A stretch of DNA of 64,000 nt from Candidatus Latescibacterota bacterium (GTDB taxonomy: Bacteria > Latescibacterota > UBA2968 > UBA8231). A program made the translations under genes and the position numbers. The stretch covers positions 5,056,001-5,120,000 of the forward strand of contig OZ242214.1 in NCBI GenBank assembly GCA_965206595.1, in the 5' to 3' direction. Shown one piece after another: positions 20,001-29,553 of the stretch; within the stretch, counting starts at the first letter, position 1; each line of letters starts with the position of its first letter. The notes beneath the pieces are model-generated. The model did not search any database. It worked only from the letters and a program-made list of their open reading frames with translations, and was not told the origin of the DNA.

Positions 20001-21575
20001 GTGTATTATCTCCTGCTTGGGCTCGAATACAGGGTCATAGATGAACTCCTGACCGACTACAACGACGCTGTCCGGCAGGGTAGCGATCAGCAGCTCGGTG
20101 TGCTTTCCGGGGGCGGGAGTTCCCCCCGTCCTAGGGCCTCCGAACCTGCCGATGTCGTTGCGCGGTCCGGTCCCCGACCTGTCATGGTCGTTCATTGCCG
20201 CAATCGGGTTCCCGGCATCCCGGGCCGGTGAGGTCTGCTTCAACTCGAAGCGGAGAACGTCGAGGTTGAAGAACTCCGGATCGTCCACGAGGTTGCCGCC
20301 GACATGCTCCTCGTCCACCGCCCAGCCCGGGACTAGAGCGTTCAGAGCCGCCACCGTTCCGATCGTATCGGGCACCATGCTGACCTCCACCTGCGGACCT
20401 GTGTCCGTCAAGTCGGGAAAGTCTTCGGCCGTGAACACCTCGATGCGGTACTTGAGGAACTCGTTCGCCCCTCCCCCGGGCGGAAAAATCTCCACGAGAA
20501 CCTCGTGGGATCCGACATCGTCCATGGTTGGCGTAAACCGAATGGCGCGCTCCTCCTCGATCAGGGATGCGGAGGCGTCCAGCGGAGTCGTGCGGGCTTT
20601 GAAGATATAGAAGTCGACGTCTCCTTCGACCCCGATGACGTACTCGTACTCAACCCCTACCTGGGCGACAGTGTCGGGCTCGTTGGTGAAAAAGCTGGGG
20701 ACCGAAACTCCCTGCTCTTCAAGTGTCAACGTATCCCGCACGGTCTTCAATATCTTGATGCTGTCGGCACTGTCCGAAACGAAGAGGAGGTCCCAGTTCC
20801 AGAACAGGTTGTAGCGCACCAAGGGGGTGTCCAGCATCGATGGATTCGCGATCGCCGGGTCAGCTCCTGTCGAGAAGATGTTGCTGCTAATGTCGACGCG
20901 ACCGCCCGACGTGGTGATGGCCGGCGAGTTGTTGTTGTGGAAGGTATTGTTGCGGATTTCATCCGCCTTGAAAGTGTCGGCCACCATGTTGTGGATCTCG
21001 ACCAGGCCTCTGCCGACTCCGGTCTCGCCGTTATCGCGCACGATATTGTTGTAAAAGCTCAGCTGTCCGCCGCGCATGTAGATCAAATCGCCTCCGATCT
21101 CGGCGACGTTTCGCACGAACAAGTTCTCCGCAACCCGCAGGGTGCAGGCCTGGCAGGAGACTACCCCTCCGGTTTCCGCGTTCCCATTGACGAAGGTGAA
21201 ATTGCGCAGGACGAACTCCACGCCTTCCTCCGTTATATCGAAAAACCTCTCCCTGCCCTCGGCGTCGAGGTTGGCGCCGTTCGTATGAACGAAAATGTCT
21301 CTTTCGGAAATCTGGATCGGAAACGATTCCGCGGTGGTGCTCGGCGAATAGGTGCCCGAGGCGATGTCGATCACGTGCGGTTTCCCGTGAGGGAAAAGGT
21401 GGGCTACCTGGATCGCATGTGAGATGGAGCGGAACGGTGTCGTGTCGCTTTGGGCGCTCTGGATGCTCCTCCGGTCATCGCCTGTTTCTGCGTTGACGAA
21501 AAGCCGCACCCCGTGGGCGGGACCAACTGACCAATAGCCGAAAAACAGCAGCAGCGCCGCGGTGCTGAACCGCAT
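17091..21575 (-). CDS. Large secreted multidomain protein: DUF1565/beta-helix, tandem Ig/cadherin-like repeats, cohesin-like, dockerin-like EF-hand pair, FlgD-Ig/T9SS-like C-terminus
   Basis: Signal peptide; PFRSISHA..GTYS...ESFPI; (N/D).PP...ED...WTP repeats; GDFDRDGDTDFNDFFLFADHFG and DLNGDGGIGLDDFFVFADHFG; PYPNPFNP...WDGRD.SG..VASGVY. Confidence 0.8.
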   Translation of the reverse strand: MRFSTAALLLFFGYWSVGPAHGVRLFVNAETGDDRRSIQSAQSDTTPFRSISHAIQVAHLFPHGKPHVIDIASGTYSPSTTAESFPIQISERDIFVHTNGANLDAEGRERFFDITEEGVEFVLRNFTFVNGNAETGGVVSCQACTLRVAENLFVRNVAEIGGDLIYMRGGQLSFYNNIVRDNGETGVGRGLVEIHNMVADTFKADEIRNNTFHNNNSPAITTSGGRVDISSNIFSTGADPAIANPSMLDTPLVRYNLFWNWDLLFVSDSADSIKILKTVRDTLTLEEQGVSVPSFFTNEPDTVAQVGVEYEYVIGVEGDVDFYIFKARTTPLDASASLIEEERAIRFTPTMDDVGSHEVLVEIFPPGGGANEFLKYRIEVFTAEDFPDLTDTGPQVEVSMVPDTIGTVAALNALVPGWAVDEEHVGGNLVDDPEFFNLDVLRFELKQTSPARDAGNPIAAMNDHDRSGTGPRNDIGRFGGPRTGGTPAPGKHTELLIATLPDSVVVVGQEFIYDPVFEPKQEIIHVDFHRGPAELTKISGLPPHSWTPVAADTGKYLVEAQVYSHTGHGFHIFPLRVKSDNEPPFVVSTPPTQVFEDSLLSYRIEAEDQDGDVITFTLVSGPSGMVLDELGVLQWTPAQENVGTAAVEVRVTDSEGASSPHPFTLRVMNTNDPPVLSALPDTSIFEDVEFRLALVGFGSDVDPADSLSYALTTAPDMAAVDTLGILSWTPLQEDVGVNPVAVQVVDLAGAADKSRFEITVVEVDDPPVISGTPETTALEDTLYRYELLAVDEEGEKLSYEVATGPEQMSISPTGLVEWTPAAADTGEVPITLNASDPAGQTAVQSFTLEVEAVNDAPAIVRIPADSTVFFEPETEVTLMVRASDEEGDTISFTWYIDSTEQAGEADSAFSYIPDVASVDTVAVLVADLQDTTTSVWLVDGRRMARLRSIAEAVDFGRVAIGDTGSVVIDIVNKGHADLEISQLHVGDLAFSAVFGSSRVAVDDSTTLELRFIPAMRGAAGSTIAFATSDSDQAEVSVAVSGTGIVPTTVAVDADSSAGNQGVDAVSLKAGDRLALEMYAFEAVRVISYSLLLVFDPEVLEFVGFDVSGASLLAAAGNSVLPAASAPSPGQVLIQVAADPLVRPAGGDGFLGRAIFSVRSTIAPGLDTAVELREVELMTEGQTANDILAPALIVQVDIGAVLAGDFDRDGDTDFNDFFLFADHFGSREGEPDFDSGFDLNGDGGIGLDDFFVFADHFGASAKPVADVSQADALGLQASLEPRPRDSEVVELALRWTGEDHLRGFVAWLEYDPLVLQFAEYVPPDQAGPLVWMQPGGNGATTVAVALSGRHSPFANADAGALLFRRLLSQESEIRVGSVLSYVGNEIRHVIATAPAAPVAVSPLPTEIVLDAPYPNPFNPDTAISFFLPESERVQVRVIDLLGRVVRVYEQQLSRGFHQWRWDGRDESGLEVASGVYVIRVQIAGFDRMHKVTLLK

Positions 21576-21886
21576 TATCCAGAAAATTTCCCGTTTTCAG
21601 AGGGCCGTCGGATCGAGGCTTTTTGGGAGAATCCGACTTCCCGGGCTTCGAGAAGTTCCCGCACCTGAGGTCGCACGAAAACCGTCTCCAGCGGTAGAAG
21701 GACAATCTCGTCGAGCATCAGCCGAATTCGTTCTGCCAGGGACAGGCTGGAGTCGACCAGCAAAAATCGCTTCCCGCCGAACCTGCACATCCCCCCCCTG
21801 CTGCCCTCCAGATCAGCGATGCGGATCTCGACTCCAAGTTGCTCGGTAACAGCCTCGAGTTCCCTGTGAATGGCAGCATTATCCAT
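21575..21886 (-). CDS. hypothetical protein
   Basis: 103-aa ORF (LGVEIR...GGMCR.GGK...LETVFVRPQVRELL) abutting the downstream start. Confidence 0.7.
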   Translation of the reverse strand: MDNAAIHRELEAVTEQLGVEIRIADLEGSRGGMCRFGGKRFLLVDSSLSLAERIRLMLDEIVLLPLETVFVRPQVRELLEAREVGFSQKASIRRPSENGKFSG

Positions 21887-22074
21887 GCTGCACCCATGTT
21901 TGTAAAACGACCTTAACCCAAAGCCTACACATCATTTACATAAGATAATCAAATCACCGGTTGGTGAACAGCTGATTTGTTGATAGTATATTTCCCGCGG
22001 GCATGGGAACCGGTCAATCCGACCGAGTTTCGCAGACGACCACGGGGTTGGTAGCAAAGCTCAAATGGTGACCG

Positions 22075-22914
22075 ATGACGGCTGCAGGTGAGATTTCCTG
22101 GGTGTTTTTGACCAATGACGACGGCTGCGATTCGCCTGCATTGGTCCCGTTGATGCGCGAATTGCTGACCCGGGCAGAGGTGGGCGCCCTGGTTCCCGAA
22201 AGGGAATACAGCTGGTCTTCGAAGGCCATGAGCCGCTTCGGCGAGCTGGAAATGAGCGCCTGCGAACGCGACGGAATTCCGTTCTTCGCCGCCAACGGCT
22301 CCCCGGCGGACTGCGCAAATTTGGGAATACACAAACTCAAACCGAGCAAACCCGCGCTGCTGGTTTCCGGCATCAATATCGGCGCTAACGCCGGTCTGGG
22401 GTACCTGCTCAGCTCCGGCACCATCGGCGCAGCTATCGAGGGCATGCTAAGCGGCATTCCCGCGGTGGCGCTTTCGCTGCAGCTGCACCGCGACGACTAC
22501 CGGGACTGGAGGACTAACCGCAACCCAGATCGCCTCGCCGGCACCTTTTGCAGGGCCGCGGCAGTAGCAGCTGATATCGTCGGCGATGTAATAGGCGGGG
22601 GCCTGCCTTCGGAAGCTTCGATTCTTTCGGTAAACATGCCGCCTGACGTAACCCGGGACAGCCCCAGGCGGTTCGCCGGAGTAACCGATTCGCGCTACGG
22701 ATCTTTCTTCAGCGAGACCGAGGAAGGCAGGTACGTTTACGGATTCGACAAATTGGATTTCTTCGCCAATCCCACTGTGCCGTCCAACCGCCCTGGGGAC
22801 CTCGAAGCCCTTTCCGACGGCGCCGTGGCGATGACCCCGCTCCGTTTCGATCTCAACGTGGAAGCGAGTTCCCAAGACCGCTGCCGATTCGAACGGGGAG
22901 CCACAAAGAGCTAA
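22075..22914 (+). CDS. surE: 5'/3'-nucleotidase SurE
   Basis: LTNDDG, GSPADC, VSGINIGAN, SGTIGAAIEG. Confidence 0.92.
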   Translation: MTAAGEISWVFLTNDDGCDSPALVPLMRELLTRAEVGALVPEREYSWSSKAMSRFGELEMSACERDGIPFFAANGSPADCANLGIHKLKPSKPALLVSGINIGANAGLGYLLSSGTIGAAIEGMLSGIPAVALSLQLHRDDYRDWRTNRNPDRLAGTFCRAAAVAADIVGDVIGGGLPSEASILSVNMPPDVTRDSPRRFAGVTDSRYGSFFSETEEGRYVYGFDKLDFFANPTVPSNRPGDLEALSDGAVAMTPLRFDLNVEASSQDRCRFERGATKS

Positions 22915-23022
22915 GGCCTTGCCACGAATTAACTGGACTACTGTCGTGGCTCTATCCAGTCTGTAACGCCCCAGCTTATGACTCATTTATTTCGCGACAG
23001 ATCCTAAGTCCACGAAGAACGA

Positions 23023-24363
23023 GTGAAACCTCCCCAACGCACACCCCTGCCCGCATGCCCTCGGCAGGCAGGGGTGGCGACGGCCATTCTCGTTTCTGCG
23101 GCTTGCTGGATCGCGGTCCGTGCGCTCTTGCCGTCCGCCGCGGTTGCCGGTGACGATTCCACCAACGCCCACACCGCTGTTGTTTCCGACTCGACAAAAT
23201 CGATACCCGGCAAACTGGAAGCGGTTCGGTGGATGGCAAAGAGGCGCCAGTTCTCCCTTGGCGGCGTCGACTACGGGTTCACCGGGCTCCCTATTCTGTA
23301 TTTCAGTCCATCCACCGGATGGAACTACGGAACGCGATTGCAGCTAGCCGACTACAGCCGCAGACCCTACCGCTTCAAGCTGACCTTCTTCTCCAAAAAT
23401 TCCACTGCAGGGCGCATCAACTATTTCCTGAAGCTCAGAGTGCCCCGCATTTCCGGCACCGGTTTCGGGGTACGACTGCTGGCCAGTGTCAAGCGGGATA
23501 TTCGGGTACGCTATTACGGGCTGGGAAACGACAGCGAATACAACAAGGGCTTCGTCGACAGGGAGCACTCGGAGTTTATCGACGAAGACTATTACCACTA
23601 TATACTCCACTCTCCCCGGCTGCTGATGAGCCTCCTGAGGGAGATCTATGGTCCCATGCTCCTCTCGGTCGGCTTCGGAATGGAACGCACCGACGTCGAC
23701 CGGCGCGGCGACACGGCGTTCTACGTCGTCTACGACACCCCGGACGGCGTCAAGGACGGAATTACCGGGTTCGCAAGTATCACTGTGCGTTGGGACACCC
23801 GCGACGACCCGGTCATCCCCAGAACGGGGACCTTTCACGAGTGGTCGTACGAATCGTCGCGCAATTCGTTGTTGGGTCTGCTGTTCGAGCGGATCGACTT
23901 CCAGCGTTTGACGTTCACAGACAGCCGCTATTTGCCGCTGTCGACTCGTCTGAATCTCGCCCACCGCACCGTTCTCGATGTCCTGAAGGGCACGGTGCCA
24001 CTGTATGCCTATGGAGAGATCGGAGGCAGCCGCCGCATGAAGGGACTCGGCGGCCCGGACTCCCTGCGCGGCTTCGACCGACAACGTTTCACCGACAACG
24101 TGCGCCTTATCACGAATACCGAACTCCGCTGTCACGTGCGTTCGGACCGCCTTTTCAAGCAATACCTCGAGTGGCACACCGTGCTGTTCATCGATTCGGG
24201 CCAAGCGCAGCCGGGACTCAAGAGACTGGATGCCTTCGAATTGCACTGGACCGCAGGGGTCGCACAGCGGCTCTACTGGAACTCTGATTTCGTGATCCGC
24301 CTGGAAATCGGGTTCTCCAGGGAGCAGACCTACACCGGTCTCAAATACCGCAACATATTCTGA
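23023..24363 (+). CDS. POTRA-less Omp85/BamA-TamA family outer-membrane protein
   Basis: WDTRDD...P.TG, GG.DSLRGF..RF lid-lock motif, terminal F. Confidence 0.8.
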   Translation: MKPPQRTPLPACPRQAGVATAILVSAACWIAVRALLPSAAVAGDDSTNAHTAVVSDSTKSIPGKLEAVRWMAKRRQFSLGGVDYGFTGLPILYFSPSTGWNYGTRLQLADYSRRPYRFKLTFFSKNSTAGRINYFLKLRVPRISGTGFGVRLLASVKRDIRVRYYGLGNDSEYNKGFVDREHSEFIDEDYYHYILHSPRLLMSLLREIYGPMLLSVGFGMERTDVDRRGDTAFYVVYDTPDGVKDGITGFASITVRWDTRDDPVIPRTGTFHEWSYESSRNSLLGLLFERIDFQRLTFTDSRYLPLSTRLNLAHRTVLDVLKGTVPLYAYGEIGGSRRMKGLGGPDSLRGFDRQRFTDNVRLITNTELRCHVRSDRLFKQYLEWHTVLFIDSGQAQPGLKRLDAFELHWTAGVAQRLYWNSDFVIRLEIGFSREQTYTGLKYRNIF

Positions 24364-24400
24364 TCGCCTGTCCAGCGAGTGGTGCCGAGGGGAAGGCTGT

Positions 24401-25267
24401 TCAGCCTGCAACGGCGGCTGCAGACTCGGGAGCGAGCAGGCCCATAAGCCGAGACAGAGTGGGGGCAAGTTCATTCCGGCGCACCACGCGATCGACGAAA
24501 CCATGCCGCAGCACGTTCTCCGCTATCTGAAACCCATCCGGAAGTTCCTCGACTCCGAGGAACTGCTTGATGACGGAGGGTCCGGCGAATCCGACGCGGG
24601 CCCCCGGCTCGGCGAGTATGATGTCCCCGAGCATTGCGAAGCTGGCCGTCACTCCCCCGTACGTCGGATCTGTCAATACCGATACGTAGAGCAGGCCGCA
24701 ATCGGAAAAGCGCCTCAGTCGGGCGCTTATCTTGGCCATCTGCATCAGCGAATATGTGCTTTCCTGCATCCGGGCCCCGCCCGACTGGCAGACGATAACC
24801 AGTGTACGCCGATCGGCGATGGCGCGATCTATCAAGCGCGCGATTTTCTCTCCCGTGGCGCCTCCCATGCTTCCGAGGATGTAGCGGGTATCCATTATAC
24901 CGAGAGCAACCAGGTGGCTGTCGAGCACGCCGGCGCCGGTCCAAACCGCTTCGTTGAGTTTGCTGGCCTTTCGTCCGTCGCGGATTCGGTCGGTGTAACG
25001 GCGATGGTCGCGAAAGCGCAGGGGATCGGCGGTTGCGATGTCGGCGTTCAACTCCTCGACTGTCCCAGGGTCGAGGAGCAGGTCGACGTATTTTTCGAAG
25101 CCGATGTGAAAGTGATTTTCGCAGCGAGGGCAAATCCACCCATTGCGCTCGAGGGCATTGTGATACGTGGTTTCGCCGCATTGATTGCACTTTGACCAGA
25201 TACCCTCCGGTATCTCGCGACGGATGCGGGTCAGAATCCCGCTTTTCATTTTTTCGAACCAGCTCAC
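24401..25267 (-). CDS. accD: Acetyl-CoA carboxylase carboxyltransferase beta subunit
   Basis: PEGIWSKC..C zinc ribbon, GSMG, SGGARMQES, PTYGGVTASFAMLGD, GFAGP. Confidence 0.96.
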   Translation of the reverse strand: MSWFEKMKSGILTRIRREIPEGIWSKCNQCGETTYHNALERNGWICPRCENHFHIGFEKYVDLLLDPGTVEELNADIATADPLRFRDHRRYTDRIRDGRKASKLNEAVWTGAGVLDSHLVALGIMDTRYILGSMGGATGEKIARLIDRAIADRRTLVIVCQSGGARMQESTYSLMQMAKISARLRRFSDCGLLYVSVLTDPTYGGVTASFAMLGDIILAEPGARVGFAGPSVIKQFLGVEELPDGFQIAENVLRHGFVDRVVRRNELAPTLSRLMGLLAPESAAAVAG

Positions 25268-25297
25268 TTTTTTCTCCCGTGGAACAGCGATTTCCGA

Positions 25298-25669
25298 CTA
25301 CACCAATCCCCGGCGCCGCAGGCCGACCAGCGCCACCCCCGCTGTTACCAGCAGACCGACCGACAGGATAGTGGCCGATTTCCATTGCCGCCGCCTGGTG
25401 CCTCGCTCCCCGACCGGGTGGGACCCGCCTTCAACGCCAACCCGTTCCCACACATGCTCGGGGACTTCCCGCGAAGGCACCTCCTCGGGGATCACGGAGC
25501 GGTCGACCAGGCCTTTGACGCGGCGAAACAGGTCGAGTAACTCCCGCGCCTGTGGTTCGAACACAACCCGTTCTCCGATTTCGGCCAGCTCCCCGCTGTC
25601 GAACTCACCATCGACGTATGCCGACAGCGGTTTCTCCAGTTTCTTCTTACTCCACGCCAATATCGACAT
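25298..25669 (-). CDS. putative membrane anti-sigma factor
   Basis: LSAYVDGE motif, C-terminal TM helix, directly downstream of the ECF sigma gene. Confidence 0.7.
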   Translation of the reverse strand: MSILAWSKKKLEKPLSAYVDGEFDSGELAEIGERVVFEPQARELLDLFRRVKGLVDRSVIPEEVPSREVPEHVWERVGVEGGSHPVGERGTRRRQWKSATILSVGLLVTAGVALVGLRRRGLV

Positions 25670-25711
25670 TCCTTGTCTCTTTTTGAGGGCAGATGTTGCA
25701 GGCTTACGCGC

Positions 25712-26362
25712 TTAGACGAGCCCGTGCCGGCGCAGTTTCGGCAGCAGCCTGCGGCGCGCGCTGTAAATTCTGGAACTGACGGTTCCGATCGGCACCCCCA
25801 GCACCCGGGCAATCTCTTCGTACGACAGTTCTTCCATGCTGTTGAGCAACAGGGTTTCGCGTAGTCCCTCGGGCAGTTCGTCCACCAACCTGAGTACCAC
25901 GCGACGGGTTTCGGCAGATATACACTCCGCTTCCGGATTGGCGGAGAATGCCCGAGGGTCCGGGGGGTTGAACAGATCATCGCTTCCGTGGTGCAATCCC
26001 AGACGGTACCAGTTGCTGCGGGAGCGGTCGCGGCGACGATTGAGACTGAGGCGCAGGACGATGCGCAGAATCCAGGTTTTCAGCGAGGAATTGCCGCGAA
26101 AGCTGACCAGCGCGGCGTGAATTTTCACGAATGCGTCCTGAACGACTTCCTCGGCGTCTTCAGGATCCAGCAGCACCCGGTAGGCCAACCCGTACGCCAG
26201 GGAGTGAAATTCCCGGACGAGTTCGGCGAAGGCCGAGCCGTCTCCGGCCACTATGCGGCCAATGCGCTCCTCTTCGCCCGTGCCGACTTCGGGCCTCGCG
26301 TTTTCGACGAGCTTCAACGCTGCTCTTCTGCCAAGCGAAGATCTTTCTGCAGGTGACTCCAT
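25712..26362 (-). CDS. ECF-family RNA polymerase sigma factor
   Basis: DAEEVVQDAF, KTWILRI, SYEEIA..LGVPIGTVSSRI; start at MESPAE assumed. Confidence 0.92.
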   Translation of the reverse strand: MESPAERSSLGRRAALKLVENARPEVGTGEEERIGRIVAGDGSAFAELVREFHSLAYGLAYRVLLDPEDAEEVVQDAFVKIHAALVSFRGNSSLKTWILRIVLRLSLNRRRDRSRSNWYRLGLHHGSDDLFNPPDPRAFSANPEAECISAETRRVVLRLVDELPEGLRETLLLNSMEELSYEEIARVLGVPIGTVSSRIYSARRRLLPKLRRHGLV

Positions 26363-26460
26363 GATAGATACCCCAACCGACACCGATGCCTGTATGCCTG
26401 TTCGGCGAAAGCGAGCCCCGACGACAGGCATATTGACATAGCTATTTGTAAAATAAGAAG

Positions 26461-28335
26461 ATGGGTCTTCTCACCGGGCGTTGTCAATTGCTCGCCAAGG
26501 CAACCATTGTTTCCCTGTTTGCCGGTTGCGGGGCAGTATCGGCGGAAATGCCGGACGAGGGCCTGGAAGCGAGACTGAAGGACCGTATCGAGCAGCTGGC
26601 GGCCATGGGCTCGAGGGTTACCGGATATCCCGGTGCCTCCGCAGCCGCGCGATACCTGACGGACTACCTGGAAAAACTGGGTCTGCCCGAAATCCACCAG
26701 CGGCGGTTTCACACTCCCGTCCCCCTCGACCATGGGGCCGTCCTGCGCCTCGCAGTGGAACCGGATACGAGCACGTACGAGCTCTTCCACATGTGGCCCA
26801 ACCTCGTGCGCACCTCCACTGTCCCCCTACCCGGAATCGCCGGTCCCCTGTTCTTTGCCGGAAGCGGTGAACCTTTCGAGATGGAGGGTTCCGGAATCAA
26901 GGGAGCCGTCGCCGTCTTCGAATACGACTGCGACCGCCGCTGGGTCCGTGCGTTCGACCTCGGCGCGGAAGCCGTCATCTTCCTGGCGCCCTCCGACCCC
27001 GGAGGCAGCCATCGTTGGGAAAGCTCGCAGAAGTATCTGACGACGCCGGCCGACTTGCCGCGATTCTTCGCTCCCGAAGGGGGGAGCAGGGCGCTGCGGA
27101 CCGTGCTGTCGGACACCTCGAGACTGGCGCAGTCCCCCCGCGCGGTCATCTCCGGAAGCATGGTCTGGCACAACGCTCCGGCCCAAACCGTGGTCGCCGT
27201 GATTCCTGGCACTGACCCCGCCCTTGCACAAGAGGCGGTAGTTGTAGGCTCGTACTAGATGCCATCTCCGCAGTACCGTCCCTTGCTCCCGGGGCCGACC
27301 AGGCGAGCGGTGTCGCTGCCTGGATGGAGCTGGCTGCCACCCTGGCAGTCAGCCCGCCCCGGCGCACCGCCGTTCTCGTGGCGACGGCAGGCCACTTTCA
27401 GGCACTGGCAGGAATGCGCGATTTCATCGCTTTCCTGCGCTCCCTCGACATGGAGGGAAAAGGGAAACCTCGAGGGTCGCCAGGCAACCTCACTGGATCA
27501 GCCGTTGAGGGCCCTTCTTTCCGATCTGGAGATGGAATGCTACATCGGCCTCGACCTGAGTTCTCGCAGCCGGCAGCTGGCACTCGTACAGGGCGGCCCG
27601 CCGTACCGAGTGCGCCGAATCCCACCTTCGATTTTCTACCCGATCACCTCGTTTACCGAGACGTACGAGGAGCGTCACCTTCAGGGTGAGATGATTCTCG
27701 GCGGAGCGTTGGAGCCCTTGCGCCGGCGCCGGCTAATCGGTGCCCTGCCCGAGCGGATTCCGGTCTCCGGGTCGGTGGCTGCGCTGTCCGGTATGCTGGG
27801 GATAACCCTGGTTTCGGCAGGGGACGAGCGCTCCGGCTTCGATTCACCGGGCGACTTTCCCGGGTTGTTGGAGTACGGCGATCTGGCGGCGCAGACCCGC
27901 TTCGCCGTGGCCCTGATCCAACACCTGATCGACGCCGATATCGACCTGTCTCCGGAGGGCCGGAGCGACTCTTTCGGCAGGCTTGACGGGCGCGTTGTGA
28001 GTTGGGGTCCACAAAGTTACCAGCCAGACCAACCGGTCGCCGGAGCTCTCGTTCGCGTGCGCACTTTCGGCAAGACGACCGTGGGGGTGCGCGCGGATCC
28101 GCTGGCGATGACCGGCGACGACGGCCGCTTCACGGTGACCGGTCTCGAGGCCCGGACGCTCTATCTCAAACCGGCGCTTCTCGAAGCCTACGTGGTCGAT
28201 CCGGCGTCAGGCAAGGTAGTCGCCGCTCTCGATCGCGGCCCGCTGGGAATCGGCAAGTACCCCGCCGAAGTCACCATGGACGATCTCGAAAAGGAGTGCA
28301 CCCTGGTGACTTTGCGTTCCTTCTCACCCCCCTGA
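26461..28335 (+). pseudogene. 5' part of a large M28-peptidase-like/FtsX-permease-type exported protein, frameshifted and truncated
   Basis: GSRVTGYPG, WPNLVRT, GSY(Y)DAISAVPSLAPGADQASG, TAGHFQALAG; frame changes at about 27256 and about 27460; ends abruptly at about 28315. Confidence 0.7.
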
Positions 28336-29039
28336 TTTCCTACATCAATGCCCGCATGATCGGCCTGACCGGACAGACCGCCGGGATTCCCCTGGTGCGC
28401 GAGGGGGCCTTCCTGCTCAGCGGCTATCGCGGCGTCGACATCTGGTTCGCGCCCATTCCCTTCAGCGATCACGGGCGACGCGCCCAGCTGTTCCGCGAGG
28501 TGGAACTGACTGGGACCCGATTCACCAGCATCCTCAAGGCGGAACTGCTGATTCTGCCGGTGGCGTTGGGGTGCGGCTTTCTTTTCTGGGCTCTGATCTG
28601 GAAACTGCAGCCGATTCCGTCGCTGGCCTTTCCGTTTGCCCAGAAGTACTGGCACCTGTTCGCCATGCGGCAGTTTTTGTGGTTCTCCTTTACGACCGAG
28701 GGTGGTCTCGATCTGCCGGATGTGGTGCATTCCAGCTGGGTCGCAGGCGCCTTCTCTCTCGCCGGCGTCGCTCTCGCCGCCGCCAGCGTGTGGGGATTCC
28801 CGCTGGGCCTGGTTTACGGATTTATCCGCGGCCTGCAATCAATGCCGCACCTGCTCATACCCGAAATGCTGGGCGCATGCCTCGGCCGCTACTACTTCGA
28901 GCGCCGCTTCGGACGCGAGCGCTGGCGCCGCTGGGCGCCGGTTTTGATGGCCGGCTTCGCTTGCGGCAATGGCCTGATCGGCATGGCCGCCGTCGCCATC
29001 GTCCTGATCGCCCGCTCCGTCGCTCAGCTTCCTTACTGA
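28316..29039 (+). pseudogene. 3' part of an OPT-like 'peptide transporter' membrane protein
   Basis: TPLISYINARMIGLTGQ...SGYRGVDIWFAPIP...ELTGTRFTSILKAE...APVLMAGFACG.GLIGM..LPY; no start or RBS, fused to the upstream remnant. Confidence 0.7.
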
Positions 29040-29491
29040 GAACTCGATGCCGATGACAACCCCGCGTTCCGTAGCTTTGGCTGTCGTCGCCATTTTCCTC
29101 GGCTCCTGGTCTATTCAGCGAGTGGATCTAGTTTACGCGGGACCCTCTCTGACTTACGGCCCGCTTCCCGCACTGCCGATCGCCCTATTGCTTCTCCTGG
29201 TCCTCCTGCGCCGCCTAGGGGCCGGCTGGCTCCAGTTCAAAGAGGGGGAACTGCTAGGGTGTTACCTGATGACTGCGGTCGGCCTGCCCTTGGCGGCCGG
29301 GGGGTACACCCACTACCTGCTGCCCGGGCTGGTCACCGGATTTTTCCAGTTCAGCGATCCTGCCGGACGGTACTACCCCTTTCTCAAACTGATCCCCGAC
29401 TGGATGATGCCTGGCCGCGAAGGCAGCCTCGCCGTAGACGGGTTCTTTCAGGGTCGAGTCGACGTTCCCTGGACAGCCTGGGCGCTGCCGC

Positions 29492-29553
29492 TGATGGCAT
29501 GGGCGGCGCTCGCCATCGCCTTTGATGGCATGGGCGGCGCTCGCCATCGCCTT
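29492..29553 (+). repeat. perfect 31-bp tandem duplication
   Basis: TGATGGCATGGGCGGCGCTCGCCATCGCCTT at 29492-29522 and 29523-29553; shifts the reading frame. Confidence 0.95.

Noticed and set aside
27250-27262. TAG read-through (pyrrolysine or recoding) in the M28-like gene
   Set aside because: The conserved continuation (DAISAVPSLAPGAD) is in another frame; a 1-bp deletion explains the stop
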